Below the pieces are notes generated by a model that worked only from the letters and a program-made list of their open reading frames with translations, was not told the origin of the DNA and ran no database searches. Position numbers and translations under genes: made by a program. From Gemmatimonadota bacterium (lineage in GTDB: Bacteria > Latescibacterota > UBA2968 > UBA8231): a DNA stretch of 64,000 bases. The stretch spans positions 64,001 to 128,000 of the forward strand of contig JAYOYH010000004.1 of the NCBI GenBank assembly GCA_038153405.1, read 5' to 3'. Below, piece by piece: positions 1-9,415 of this stretch. The stretch's first letter is position 1. Each line of letters starts with the position of its first letter.

Positions 1-2
1 AG

Positions 3-209
3 AAAGAGGCCACGCACAACGAGTATACCGAGGGGATTGAACTCTACTACGAACGCCAGTTCACAGAAGCCAACTTGCGCATCGCGCGCGTCCTCTCACA
101 GACGCCCGACGACAAGGTCGTTCGCCAATTTCAGCAGCGCATCGCCGCGGCCATTGCCAATGGAGTCGCAGCGGATTGGACCGGCGTCGAACTACTCGAT
201 GCCCAGTAG
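3..209 (+). CDS. 3' end of a gene truncated by the window edge; probable adenylate/guanylate cyclase-domain protein (C-terminal TPR-like tail)
   Basis: Frame 3 reads KEATHNEYTEGIELYYERQFTEANLRIARVLSQTPDDKVV...GVAADWTGVELLDAQ* (TAG 207-209). The 'GxxLY..F..A....PDD....DWxGV' pattern is typical of class III cyclase C-termini. Not in the ORF track. Confidence 0.6.
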   Translation, partial: KEATHNEYTEGIELYYERQFTEANLRIARVLSQTPDDKVVRQFQQRIAAAIANGVAADWTGVELLDAQ

Positions 210-218
210 CAAGGTGCT

Positions 219-833
219 CTAACCTGCCAAGAAAAAGACCGCCAGCAGCACCGCCCAAACCCAGGCCAGAAAGTGCCAGTACTGCGCGCAGATCTGCGCG
301 AAAGGCACGTGTGCCCGCCCCAATCCTCCTGCGCGCGTCTTCCAAAATAGCACCCCCATGGCCACCATACCCCCAACCACGTGCAGCGCGTGCAGCAAGA
401 TGAGGGCAAACGCAATGCCATAGACGCCGGCGCGGCCATCGTCGACATAGACAAAGTGGACGCGCAGCAGTTCGGCCAGCGCCGGGCCCTGCACAAAGAC
501 GAAGAGCAGCGACAGCGCCCATACCCAGCGCAGGCGACGCCCCATCTCGACATAATCGTCGCGCCGGGCCGCCTGGCCCATCGTGCGCATCCACCACCCG
601 GTCAACAGCAGCAACGCCGTAGATAGCCACAGCGCCCACGGCAGGTAGAGCGGATCCATACCCGCCGAAGCCGAACTCGCATAGCGGTAGAGCAGGAAAC
701 ACACCACGCCAACGGCAAAGAACATCCCCAGCGCCACCATGAAAATGACCATTCCCAGGCGGTTGTGCCCCGTGCTGTCAGGGCCCTGCCACGAAGCCAA
801 TACGGGCTGTTGATCTGCGCGTTCGCGCTCCAT
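219..833 (-). CDS. Heme-copper (cytochrome c) oxidase subunit III-like membrane protein
   Basis: About 5 TM helices with LHALHVVGG and YWHFL..VW motifs. ATG at 833 lies 2 bp after the upstream stop; the ORF-track extension to 1316 overlaps another gene. Confidence 0.8.
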   Translation of the reverse strand: MERERADQQPVLASWQGPDSTGHNRLGMVIFMVALGMFFAVGVVCFLLYRYASSASAGMDPLYLPWALWLSTALLLLTGWWMRTMGQAARRDDYVEMGRRLRWVWALSLLFVFVQGPALAELLRVHFVYVDDGRAGVYGIAFALILLHALHVVGGMVAMGVLFWKTRAGGLGRAHVPFAQICAQYWHFLAWVWAVLLAVFFLAG

Positions 834-835
834 AG

Positions 836-1642
836 CTAACCCCAGCGATATTCGGGTGGATCGAAAACGAAACCGTGAAAGAATGCGCGATGCTCGGGGC
901 CGAGACTCTGGAAAAAGTTCGCCCCGTACCGCCACTGCTCGGCGCAGGCCAGCATCCATGGGTGTTCGTAGCCGTAGTAAAGCATGGCCCGCTGACCGGA
1001 CGACCGCGTCCACGGGCCGGCCGTATGCCACACGGCGTTGTGAAAGAAAAAGGCCGTCCCCGGCCCGCCGCACACCTGTACGGCGCCGGGAAAGAGATGC
1101 GGATTGCGCAGGTCGCCGGCCGCTGGATCGACGCGCGACCGGTGGCTGCCCGACAACAGTGTGAGATTGCCCTGTCCTTCCTCGCGCATATCGCTCAGAT
1201 AGTAGCCAACCTTGAACTGCATCAGCGGTATGGGCCAACCCAAATTGCGAAAGCCGTCCTGAATTCCATCGATGTGCCAACCAGCGCCGTGGTAGTCTGC
1301 CCTTTCGACTTCCCAAAATGCGTCCGTCGAGTGCAGGTGGGGCATTTCGTTAAACAGAGCGCGCACGTAGGCCATCATCGGTTCGTAATTGAGCAGGTCG
1401 AGAAAGAGCGGATCTTCGTCGAGCAGGTGAAAGATGCGCGCATTAGGCCCCTCTAAGCGCTCGGGAAACGCCGGTTCGCGCGCGCGCACATAAGCGGCGC
1501 TGCGGCGGCGTTCCACCGCCTGTTCCACCGCTGCCCGCAGCGCTTCCACGTGGTCTGGAGGCAAAAAATCATCCAATATCAGATAGCCATTCACATCAAA
1601 GAAAAATCGCTCTGAATCAGTCGGCGATGCGCTCTCGGCCAT
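836..1642 (-). CDS. Phytanoyl-CoA dioxygenase (PhyH) family Fe(II)/2OG dioxygenase
   Basis: FFDVNGYL start, WHID, SGSH, distal WHTAG and R; AGAGGA RBS before ATG 1642. Confidence 0.85.
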   Translation of the reverse strand: MAESASPTDSERFFFDVNGYLILDDFLPPDHVEALRAAVEQAVERRRSAAYVRAREPAFPERLEGPNARIFHLLDEDPLFLDLLNYEPMMAYVRALFNEMPHLHSTDAFWEVERADYHGAGWHIDGIQDGFRNLGWPIPLMQFKVGYYLSDMREEGQGNLTLLSGSHRSRVDPAAGDLRNPHLFPGAVQVCGGPGTAFFFHNAVWHTAGPWTRSSGQRAMLYYGYEHPWMLACAEQWRYGANFFQSLGPEHRAFFHGFVFDPPEYRWG

Positions 1643-1770
1643 ATCCTCTTCTCTCTGCAAAGATTCTACCACTAAGACTAGTATACCCGCCCGCGTCCAC
1701 TGGGGCAATCCCCTTGCCGAACGACGACCCGGCAGCGTAGATTTGCACATCCAGCAACCGGAGATAGCGC

Positions 1771-2952
1771 ATGGAAAACGTTCGTATAACCGATATCCGC
1801 TTAATGGCGCTAGCGCCCTACGGCAACGACGTCGGCCTGTGGAACCTCATTCGCGTCGACAGCGACCAGGGCGTTTGGGGGCTGGGCGAGGCCTATTGGG
1901 GACCGGGCTTCCGCCCCGTCATTGACGCCCTGCTCAAACCGCTCTTCGTCGGCGAAAATCCCTTTGACGTCGACCGCCTCTTCACCCGCGCCTATATGCG
2001 CATGGCCGGCGCCCATACCCAAAACGGGCTGGTAATGACCGCCCTCAGCGGCATTGAAATTGCCCTTTGGGATCTAGCCGGCAAGCTGTGCGGACTGCCG
2101 GCCCACCGCCTGCTCGGCGGGCGCTTTCGCCAGCGCGTGCGCCTCTACCGCACGGGACTGCCTCCCCATTTAGAGGACTACGCGGCCTGCGAAGCATACG
2201 CCGCACAGACGCGAGCCGAGGGCTGGACCGCCATCAAGACGCTCGACGTCGATTCGATGTATGAGCGCTACGATCGCACCTTTGCCGAACCGGGGCACGA
2301 ACCGCTGGCACGCACGCTGTCGGCAGCCGATCTGACGCGCAGCGAAAAGATCATGGCCAACCTGCGCCGCGCCTTTGGCGACGAATTCGACATCGCCGTC
2401 CACTGCCACTGGGCGCTGGACCTGCGCGACGCCCTAGCCCTGGCAGAGCGCATCGCGCCCTACCGTCCCATCTGGTTGGAAGATCCGCTCCCGGTGGCCT
2501 TTTCGCCAGCCTGGCGCGAACTAAAACAGCGCTCGCCCGTGCCCATTTGCACCGGCGAGAATCTCTACAACCGCCACGAATTTCGTCCCTTTATAGAAGA
2601 GGGCGGAGCCGATATCGCCCACGTAGACGTGCCCAAGTCGGGCGGTCTATTGGAGGCCAAGCGCATTGCCGACCTAGCCGATCTACACTATATGAAGACG
2701 GCTATGCACTGCGCCTCTAGCATCGTCGGGCTGACCGCTTCGGCGCAGGCAGCAGCCAGCATGCGCGGCTTCTCCATGTTGGAGCGGGCCGGCGGCGACT
2801 TCGACTGGTATGAAAAGCTAGTGGACAGCGACGTTCCGCTCATCCGCGATGGCTATCTCGAAGTCCCCGAGGGACCCGGCCTGGGACTGCGCCTCAATGC
2901 AGACGTAGCGCGCGCCCATTTGGCGCCGGGCGAAGTCTACTGGGGCGACTGA
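1771..2952 (+). CDS. Mandelate racemase/muconate lactonizing (enolase superfamily) acid-sugar dehydratase-like enzyme
   Basis: SGIEIALWDLAGK..G.P...LLGG, WLEDP, TGEN, PEGPGLG; GGAGA RBS. Confidence 0.9.
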   Translation: MENVRITDIRLMALAPYGNDVGLWNLIRVDSDQGVWGLGEAYWGPGFRPVIDALLKPLFVGENPFDVDRLFTRAYMRMAGAHTQNGLVMTALSGIEIALWDLAGKLCGLPAHRLLGGRFRQRVRLYRTGLPPHLEDYAACEAYAAQTRAEGWTAIKTLDVDSMYERYDRTFAEPGHEPLARTLSAADLTRSEKIMANLRRAFGDEFDIAVHCHWALDLRDALALAERIAPYRPIWLEDPLPVAFSPAWRELKQRSPVPICTGENLYNRHEFRPFIEEGGADIAHVDVPKSGGLLEAKRIADLADLHYMKTAMHCASSIVGLTASAQAAASMRGFSMLERAGGDFDWYEKLVDSDVPLIRDGYLEVPEGPGLGLRLNADVARAHLAPGEVYWGD

Positions 2953-2970
2953 GTTGCTAACCCATCACGC

Positions 2971-3007
2971 AAAGCGGCCCCGCGGCGTTGGATCACCGCA
3001 GGGCCGC
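2971..3007 (-). terminator. Probable intrinsic terminator between convergent genes
   Basis: GCGGCCCCGCGG...CCGCAGGGCCGC 12-bp stem with one G-U pair on the minus strand, followed by TTT on the minus strand. Confidence 0.5.
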
Positions 3008-3031
3008 CCACATGCATCCGATCGCATTCGC

Positions 3032-3886
3032 TTACGCTTCGGCGCGCCAGGTGCCGTCGTAGCCGGTATAGCCCTCCATATACGTCTGTAGGTGCTCGGG
3101 CAGCCGCGCGCGCAGGGCCTTGGCCGTATCGGGCAGCGGCCACGGCGCGGCGATCTTCTCGCGCTTGGGCCGGAAGCCCAAGCCACAGGAATAGCGCCGC
3201 TCGTAGGTGGCCATATTGGCGTGGTAGGTCAACGCTGCAAAGCAAATCAAATCGCCGGGATCGGCCACGATCGCAATACAGCCGGGCACATCCATCTGGT
3301 TCCAACGCACGGATTCATCCGACCCTATGGGGCGAAAGCCGCCGCGGTCTTCCGTCAGTTCAAAGCCCTCCGGCCCGGTCCAATCGGGTTTGTTCGACTT
3401 TTCGATTACGGCAATGCCGCTGCGGTCAGGATGGCTGCCGTTGAGATAAAACCACGACCCACTCGGCATGGAAAAGCGGTTGAGCACGTCGTTGGCAATG
3501 CGCGGCTTAGCTATGTGCCCACGGTGGTCGGTGTGCCAGGTGCCCATGCCTTCGTCCGGGGTACGCAAAATGGCCGCCGAGCGGTGCAGACAGACCTCGT
3601 CCGTGCCGTGCACGGCCCGCACGTAATTCAGGTAGGGCGCGTGCTCGGCTAGGCGCCACAGGGCCTGGCTCGATTCGGCGAACATCATGTGATAGCGATT
3701 GGACGCCTCGGCCAGGTCGCGCTGCGGGTCGAGCGCCCCGTCGATTTCCGCTTTGAGCTCTTCGACCCAATCGCCGTCGATCATCCGGCGAATCACGCAG
3801 TAGCCGTATTCATCGAGACAGCGCAGCGCGTCGTCGATCTGTTCGCGCTCGAAATAGACGTTATAGTCGGGCTGGTAGTCGCTCAT
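3032..3886 (-). CDS. PhyH family dioxygenase
   Basis: LDEYGYCVI, WHTD, PGDLICF..LTYHAN...RRY. Confidence 0.75.
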   Translation of the reverse strand: MSDYQPDYNVYFEREQIDDALRCLDEYGYCVIRRMIDGDWVEELKAEIDGALDPQRDLAEASNRYHMMFAESSQALWRLAEHAPYLNYVRAVHGTDEVCLHRSAAILRTPDEGMGTWHTDHRGHIAKPRIANDVLNRFSMPSGSWFYLNGSHPDRSGIAVIEKSNKPDWTGPEGFELTEDRGGFRPIGSDESVRWNQMDVPGCIAIVADPGDLICFAALTYHANMATYERRYSCGLGFRPKREKIAAPWPLPDTAKALRARLPEHLQTYMEGYTGYDGTWRAEA

Positions 3887-3896
3887 ATATCCTGCC

Positions 3897-4175
3897 TCAG
3901 CTGCGCTCGGTGACCTCCAACAGGTGGTAGCCAAACTGCGTTTTTACCGGCCCAAGCACAGTGTTGAGTTCGCCGCTAAAAACCACCTCGTCAAATTCCT
4001 TGACCATTTGCCCCGGACTAAATGTTCCCAACTCACCGCCCTGACGCCCCGACGGACAGGACGAATGCTGACGCGCCACGTCGGCAAAGTCGGAACCGCC
4101 CTCAATATCTGCCTTCAGCTCCAAGCACTTCGCTTCGCTATCTACCAAAATATGTCGCGCACTTGCACTGGCCAT
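3897..4175 (-). CDS. ppiC: Parvulin-type peptidyl-prolyl cis-trans isomerase (92 aa)
   Basis: ARHILV, HSSCPSGRQGGELG.F.PGQMVKEFD, GPVKTQFGYHLLEV; GAGGGGG RBS. Confidence 0.95.
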   Translation of the reverse strand: MASASARHILVDSEAKCLELKADIEGGSDFADVARQHSSCPSGRQGGELGTFSPGQMVKEFDEVVFSGELNTVLGPVKTQFGYHLLEVTERS

Positions 4176-4311
4176 TGTATCCCCCTCTATCGTTGATATG
4201 CTGCGTTTTTCATCTACGCCACGGCGTCGCTCGCCCCAGCATCTCACCCGTTAAAGTAGGCGCTTTGGCATTTTTTACCACCTCTGCATGCCAGATTGCC
4301 GAGCGCCTACC

Positions 4312-5205
4312 CTATTGCGCCAGCCCATATAGGCGCACGGCGTTGTCGTGCAGGATGAGGCGTTGGTCGTCCTCACTATAGCGGGAGACGATCTGGCGCA
4401 GAACCCCAATCCACTCGCCCAGCGGCGCGCGCAGGGTGCACACCGGCCAGTCGCCGCCGAAGACCACGCGCTCGACGCCAAAGGACGCGATGCAGTGCTC
4501 GACGGTCGGCGCCAACGTTTGGGCACCCCAGCTGTCGGGCGCGCGCGCAACGATGCCCGACAGTTTGCAGACGACATTTTCGCACGCGCCAAGCGCCTGC
4601 ATATCGTCGAGCCACTGCTGGCGCTCGTGCGCGAAGGGATTGTCGAGGTCGGGCTGCGCAGCCCCACTGACGATCTGCGGATCGGCGTTGCCGCAGTGAT
4701 CGACGATAAAGAGCGTATCCGGACACTGCTCGACCAGCGCGACGGCATCGGCTAACTCCGAAGGGCGCATGCACAGATCAAAGCACTTGCCCATGGAGCC
4801 GAGCAGCTGTATCCCCTCGACAAAGCGCGGCTCAATGCAGGTCCCGCGCGCCGCAGCGGGCACGTGCAGGACCTGGCGCACGCCTTTGACATAGGCGTTA
4901 TTGGCAAAGTGCGCCATATAATCGGCGAAGCCCACATCGCCTGGATTGCCGGAAATCACCGCGCCGGCCATCGGGTTGTCGTCGCGCGCGCTCAGTTCGC
5001 AGACAAAATCGACCTCGGCCAAGCGCTGTGCGGGTGCCACGTCGACCTCCATATACACCGTCTTGGCCACGCTGCTGTTCGAAGTTTCGCGCAGGTAATC
5101 GTCCATGCGGTAATTGTTGTTGAGCGCCTCTACGTCGGCCAACCACGGCAGCGAAAATTGACCCAAGTCCCACAGGTGCTGATGCGTATCGACAATAGGA
5201 ATCAT
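4312..5205 (-). CDS. Amidohydrolase_2 family protein, L-fucono/L-rhamnono-lactonase-like
   Basis: IVDTHQHLWD, KGVRQ, IVDHCG, NVVCKLSG, FGGDWPVC. Confidence 0.85.
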   Translation of the reverse strand: MIPIVDTHQHLWDLGQFSLPWLADVEALNNNYRMDDYLRETSNSSVAKTVYMEVDVAPAQRLAEVDFVCELSARDDNPMAGAVISGNPGDVGFADYMAHFANNAYVKGVRQVLHVPAAARGTCIEPRFVEGIQLLGSMGKCFDLCMRPSELADAVALVEQCPDTLFIVDHCGNADPQIVSGAAQPDLDNPFAHERQQWLDDMQALGACENVVCKLSGIVARAPDSWGAQTLAPTVEHCIASFGVERVVFGGDWPVCTLRAPLGEWIGVLRQIVSRYSEDDQRLILHDNAVRLYGLAQ

Positions 5206-5217
5206 TTCTCCACTCCT

Positions 5218-5988
5218 TTATGGAAGACAGAATTGGTCGGAAAGCCAGTCGGAGACAAAGGCGTGCGCCGGCGCGTGGGCGATCAAGAGGCCAATGCGCG
5301 AGCGCAGCGCCGCCCACTGCGGCGTGACGCCACAGCCCCAAAATAGAGCTATCTGCCCCTCGGGTATGCACTCCAATGGCGGTCCTACAATGGGCGTTGT
5401 CAAATCGATCCCAATTGCTTCGGGATCGCCCATGTGCAGCGGTGCGCCGTGATGGTAGACAAAGCGTCCGGTGAGCTGGCAGGCAACGACGGCCTGAGCC
5501 GGCGTCATCAGGCGCATGGTGACAACCATCGGTCCAGTGAAACGACCGGCGCGTTCCGTTTCGATATGCGTCTCGTAGAGCCAGGTCTGCCCTTTGGGCA
5601 CGCCGGCCCGCTCTAGGGCATCGTCAAAACTCGTGCCTGAACCAATTAAGAAAGCGACGCTGTCTTTGCGCCAAAGCTCGGTTATATCCGTGCGCTCTCC
5701 CTCGAGTTGACCGTCCCGATACACGACATAGCGCGATAGATCGGTGCGTAGATCCGCTCCCGGGGCAGCGCGCTTGGGTTCGGGATCGCCGGGATCGGCA
5801 ACCTCCAGCAGCGGGCAGGGCTTGGGGTTGCGCTGGCAGTAGACGAGAAAGTCGTAGGCGTCGTCGCGGGGCAGCACGACGAGGTTGCACTTGACATAGC
5901 CCGGCACGGAGTGCTTGGTAGGCCCCGTCCACTCGCCGCGTCGCATCGCCAAACGGGCGGCGCGTGCAGGATGGTCACAAGACGTCAT
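5218..5988 (-). CDS. DUF1445 / D-glutamate cyclase-like putative hydro-lyase
   Basis: NLVVLP...AYDFL.YCQRNPKPCPLLEV, DLRTDL.RY, MVVTMR, HGAPLHMGDP, FWGCGVTPQ. Confidence 0.85.
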   Translation of the reverse strand: MTSCDHPARAARLAMRRGEWTGPTKHSVPGYVKCNLVVLPRDDAYDFLVYCQRNPKPCPLLEVADPGDPEPKRAAPGADLRTDLSRYVVYRDGQLEGERTDITELWRKDSVAFLIGSGTSFDDALERAGVPKGQTWLYETHIETERAGRFTGPMVVTMRLMTPAQAVVACQLTGRFVYHHGAPLHMGDPEAIGIDLTTPIVGPPLECIPEGQIALFWGCGVTPQWAALRSRIGLLIAHAPAHAFVSDWLSDQFCLP

Positions 5989-6018
5989 AGTAGAATTCCC
6001 ACACTCTCGTCGCCGCGC

Positions 6019-6927
6019 TTAGCGCACACCGGTCCACTTGACCTTGTAATACGGTTCCAGATGGGTCATGACCTGTTCCAGCTCGTACTCGTCCTCCGCG
6101 TCCATGCTCACCGATCCCGGCGTGCGCATTTCAGCGCTGCTTAACACGCCGCGGCGCACGAGAATTTCCTTGCATACGCGCAGCCCTAACAGCAGCAGCA
6201 AATTAATCTGCGGCAGCAGCGCGTTGAAAATCTGCCGCGCGCGCGCTTCGTCTCCCGACTGAAAAGCGTCCCATATCTGCACGTGGATATCGACCGCTTC
6301 GACGGCCGGCATAAAACCAGTGGCCCCGCGCCGCAGCTCGGACAGCATCCAGCGACCGTGCCCGCCACCAAAGACGCCCAAACAGCCCTCCTGCACCTCC
6401 CTCACCACGGCGCTGATTTGGTGCGCGCTGGGCATTTGCTCCTCTTTGAGGTAGGAAATGTGCTCCACTTCGGCAAAGAGATCGCGCATAAAAGAGGCCG
6501 TCAGACCGCCGGAGGTATGCTGGAGAAAGACGGGGCGCTGCGCCGCGGCGGCAATCGCCTCGTAGTAGGCGCGCACCTCATCGGGCGTACCGCCCGACAG
6601 ATAGGGCGGCAGCGCAATCACCGCATCGGCTCCGGCCCGCACCGCCCCCTTTGTGCAGGCGACGGCTACTTCCTTGCTCGGACCGGCCACGCCGGCCACG
6701 ACCGGCAGCCGCCCGGCCGCCGCGTCGACGACTACGCCGATCAACTGCTCGCGCTCGCCCTCGCTCAAATACTGGAACTCGCTGCCCAACACCGGGAAGA
6801 CCAGACCGTGCGCACCGCCTTCGACGCAAAACTCCACTTGTTTCTGCATTCCCTCCACATCGAGCCCACCGTCCGCCGTCAGCGCCGTCTGCATCACCGG
6901 AAAAATGCCCTGCATTACCTCACTCAT
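6019..6927 (-). CDS. DHDPS/NAL family class I aldolase or dehydratase
   Basis: GIFPVMQT, GAHGLV..GSEF..LSEGER, GADAVIALPPY, Schiff-base Lys in YLKEE. Confidence 0.85.
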   Translation of the reverse strand: MSEVMQGIFPVMQTALTADGGLDVEGMQKQVEFCVEGGAHGLVFPVLGSEFQYLSEGEREQLIGVVVDAAAGRLPVVAGVAGPSKEVAVACTKGAVRAGADAVIALPPYLSGGTPDEVRAYYEAIAAAAQRPVFLQHTSGGLTASFMRDLFAEVEHISYLKEEQMPSAHQISAVVREVQEGCLGVFGGGHGRWMLSELRRGATGFMPAVEAVDIHVQIWDAFQSGDEARARQIFNALLPQINLLLLLGLRVCKEILVRRGVLSSAEMRTPGSVSMDAEDEYELEQVMTHLEPYYKVKWTGVR

Positions 6928-6931
6928 TTCC

Positions 6932-7960
6932 CTACTCCATATAGTCGGCAATCCGCTTGGGATGGCCGTCTTCCGTTACCTGCATCGCCGCGATGACCAT
7001 GCAGAAGCTCTCGATATTATCCTGTATGCGCGTAGCCATCGGCGACCCGCCCTCGAGCCAGTCGACAAACTCGGTGAGCAGATACTCGTGGCCAGCCATT
7101 TCGAGAGCCGGTGCCTCATACGCGCATACCTCTTGACCGACCTTGTGCACCGTCACCTCGTTGCCCTCGGCAATTTCGACCGTGCCCCCTTCAAACTCGG
7201 CGCGATAGTACTCGCGGTGCCAGCAGTTGGTTATGCCGGCCGCCGATGAATTGCCCTCATAGGCCGCATGCACGCCGTTGTCCATGCGCATGACGTAGAA
7301 TCCGCTGGAAAAGTGCTTGAAACTCGACCACGATGGGTTCCATCCAAAGCCCTGTAACATTTCGCAGTTGCCACCCGAGAGAAAACGCAGCATGTCAAAG
7401 TGGTGCACCGAGCCCTCAAAGAGCAGGCCAAAGTCCATATCGTGGCGCCAGGTTTTGCCCCACGAACCGTATTGGCGGTAGTCGCAGGCGTAGCGCCCGA
7501 CCACGTGCTGCAGACGCCCTAGCTCGCCCGAGGTGCGGATGCGCACCAGTTCCTGTTTGTTGGATGCATAGCGATAGTTCTGAATAATGCCGCAGGGCAG
7601 TCCCGTCTCATCGGAAACGCGCAGCATGGCCAAAGCGGCCTCCAGTGTATGGGCGATTGGCTTTTCGCACAGCACGGGCAATCCCGCGCGCATAGCCGCA
7701 ACCGCCTGATCGCTGTGAAACTGCGGCGGCGTGCAAATTGCGCAAAAGTCGGCCTCGACTTCGGCTAGAGCGGCATCAAAATCGGTGAAGAGCGCATCCT
7801 CTCCCAGACCCAACTTATCCCTCTGCGCCTTCAGCACCTCTTCGTTGACGTCGACCAAGCCAACGATCTGCACGCGCTGGCCCAGCGCACCCTGCCAGAG
7901 GTTAATCCAATGAGCGGCCATGCCGTTGCCGCCCACCATTAAGCAGCGCTTCGTCGCCAT
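6932..7960 (-). CDS. Gfo/Idh/MocA family oxidoreductase
   Basis: N-terminal Rossmann fold, CTPPQFH, VLCEKP, QNYRY, SVHHFD. Confidence 0.9.
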   Translation of the reverse strand: MATKRCLMVGGNGMAAHWINLWQGALGQRVQIVGLVDVNEEVLKAQRDKLGLGEDALFTDFDAALAEVEADFCAICTPPQFHSDQAVAAMRAGLPVLCEKPIAHTLEAALAMLRVSDETGLPCGIIQNYRYASNKQELVRIRTSGELGRLQHVVGRYACDYRQYGSWGKTWRHDMDFGLLFEGSVHHFDMLRFLSGGNCEMLQGFGWNPSWSSFKHFSSGFYVMRMDNGVHAAYEGNSSAAGITNCWHREYYRAEFEGGTVEIAEGNEVTVHKVGQEVCAYEAPALEMAGHEYLLTEFVDWLEGGSPMATRIQDNIESFCMVIAAMQVTEDGHPKRIADYME

Positions 7961-7974
7961 ATTTCCTCTCCGTC

Positions 7975-9405
7975 TTAACGTATCGAACCGTCGGGCGCAA
8001 TGCGCCGCCGCTCCGCTTCCACTTCCTCAAACCAGTTTTCCAACTCCATCAGCATGCGCGCCGTGCGCGCCGCTTCACGCTCGGCCAGATTCACCTTTTC
8101 CAGCGGATCGTCTTCCAGATTGTAGAGCTCGACGGGGACCGGCGGCGGCACAATTACCTCGGGATCGGGATCATCCATCAGCGCGGTCACTTCGTCCGGA
8201 TGATACTTATACTGGATGTCCATCTCTACATAGCGATCCATGCGCCGCTGGTCCTCCTCGGTCGCCGGCAGCAGGCGCTGCTGCGGCCGCACGAGTTTCC
8301 ACGAACCGTCGCGCATGGCCGCGTTGATCCAACTGACGGGCTGGTAGGGATTGAGCTGCCAGAAGCGCGGCGGCGGCTCTTGGCTAGCCTCACCGCGCAG
8401 CGCAGCCAGCGCATTCCGTCCGTCTAGAGCCCGGCCTTCCGGTCGCTCAATGCCGGCCGCTGCCAACAGCGTCGGCAGCCAGTCGACAAAGTGCACCTGT
8501 TCGTCAATGGCCTGCCCTTCCGGCCAGCCAGCCGGCCAGCGCGCGATCATCGGCACGCGAATACCGCCTTCGTAGACCGACCCCTTTTGTCCATTCAAAC
8601 CACAGTTGTAGCGCTGACAGTTCGTATCGTAACCGGGCGGCACCTGGTCTGGACGCAGACTAAAGGCCGGGCCGTTGTCGCTGGTAAACAGCACTATGGT
8701 GTCGTCGCGCAGACCCAACGCGTCGAGCGTTTCCAACAGGCGCCCGACGCCGGCGTCCATAACCTCGTTCATCGCATAGGTAATGCCTACGCCCGGACTA
8801 AGACCCGTCTCCAGATAAGAACGCACTACGTCGTCGGGGGCCTGCAGGGGCGAGTGTGGCGCATTATAGGTCACACACAGCAGAAAGTTCTCGCGCTGAT
8901 GGCGCTGTAGAAAGGCGACGGCCTCCTCGGTAAAAACATCCGTTAGGTAGCGGCCATCACTCTCCCAGCGCACCCCGTTGCGCTCGATGCGCCAGTCGAA
9001 ATAGTCCATCCACCCGCCGCGAAAACCGCAGAAGGTATCAAAGCCGCGCGCGTTGGGATGGTAGCGATCGTCGAGCGCCCCATTATGCCATTTACCAATC
9101 AGCCCAGTGGCATAGCCGGCCGCACTAAAACAATCGCCTAGCGTCACTTCGTCGAGGGCGATGCGATCCATACCGCGCACCTCCATCGGGTTCAGCGCAC
9201 CCGTGCGATGCGGATAGCGACCCGTCAGCAGCGCCGCACGCGACGGCGAACACACCGGCGCGCCGGCATAGTGCTGCCCCAGGCACAGCCCCTCTGCCGC
9301 CAGCGCGTCCAAATGCGGCGTGCGCGCCGGTCCGTCGTTAAAAAGTCCAACGTCGCCGTAACCCATATCGTCGGCGACGAAGATCAGTACATTCGGCTTG
9401 CGCAT
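7975..9405 (-). CDS. Arylsulfatase (formylglycine-dependent, Cys type)
   Basis: PNVLIFVADDMGYGD, CSPSRAALLTGR, GKWH, SDNG, KGSVYEGGIRVP. Confidence 0.95.
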   Translation of the reverse strand: MRKPNVLIFVADDMGYGDVGLFNDGPARTPHLDALAAEGLCLGQHYAGAPVCSPSRAALLTGRYPHRTGALNPMEVRGMDRIALDEVTLGDCFSAAGYATGLIGKWHNGALDDRYHPNARGFDTFCGFRGGWMDYFDWRIERNGVRWESDGRYLTDVFTEEAVAFLQRHQRENFLLCVTYNAPHSPLQAPDDVVRSYLETGLSPGVGITYAMNEVMDAGVGRLLETLDALGLRDDTIVLFTSDNGPAFSLRPDQVPPGYDTNCQRYNCGLNGQKGSVYEGGIRVPMIARWPAGWPEGQAIDEQVHFVDWLPTLLAAAGIERPEGRALDGRNALAALRGEASQEPPPRFWQLNPYQPVSWINAAMRDGSWKLVRPQQRLLPATEEDQRRMDRYVEMDIQYKYHPDEVTALMDDPDPEVIVPPPVPVELYNLEDDPLEKVNLAEREAARTARMLMELENWFEEVEAERRRIAPDGSIR

Positions 9406-9415
9406 GCGGGCTCTA

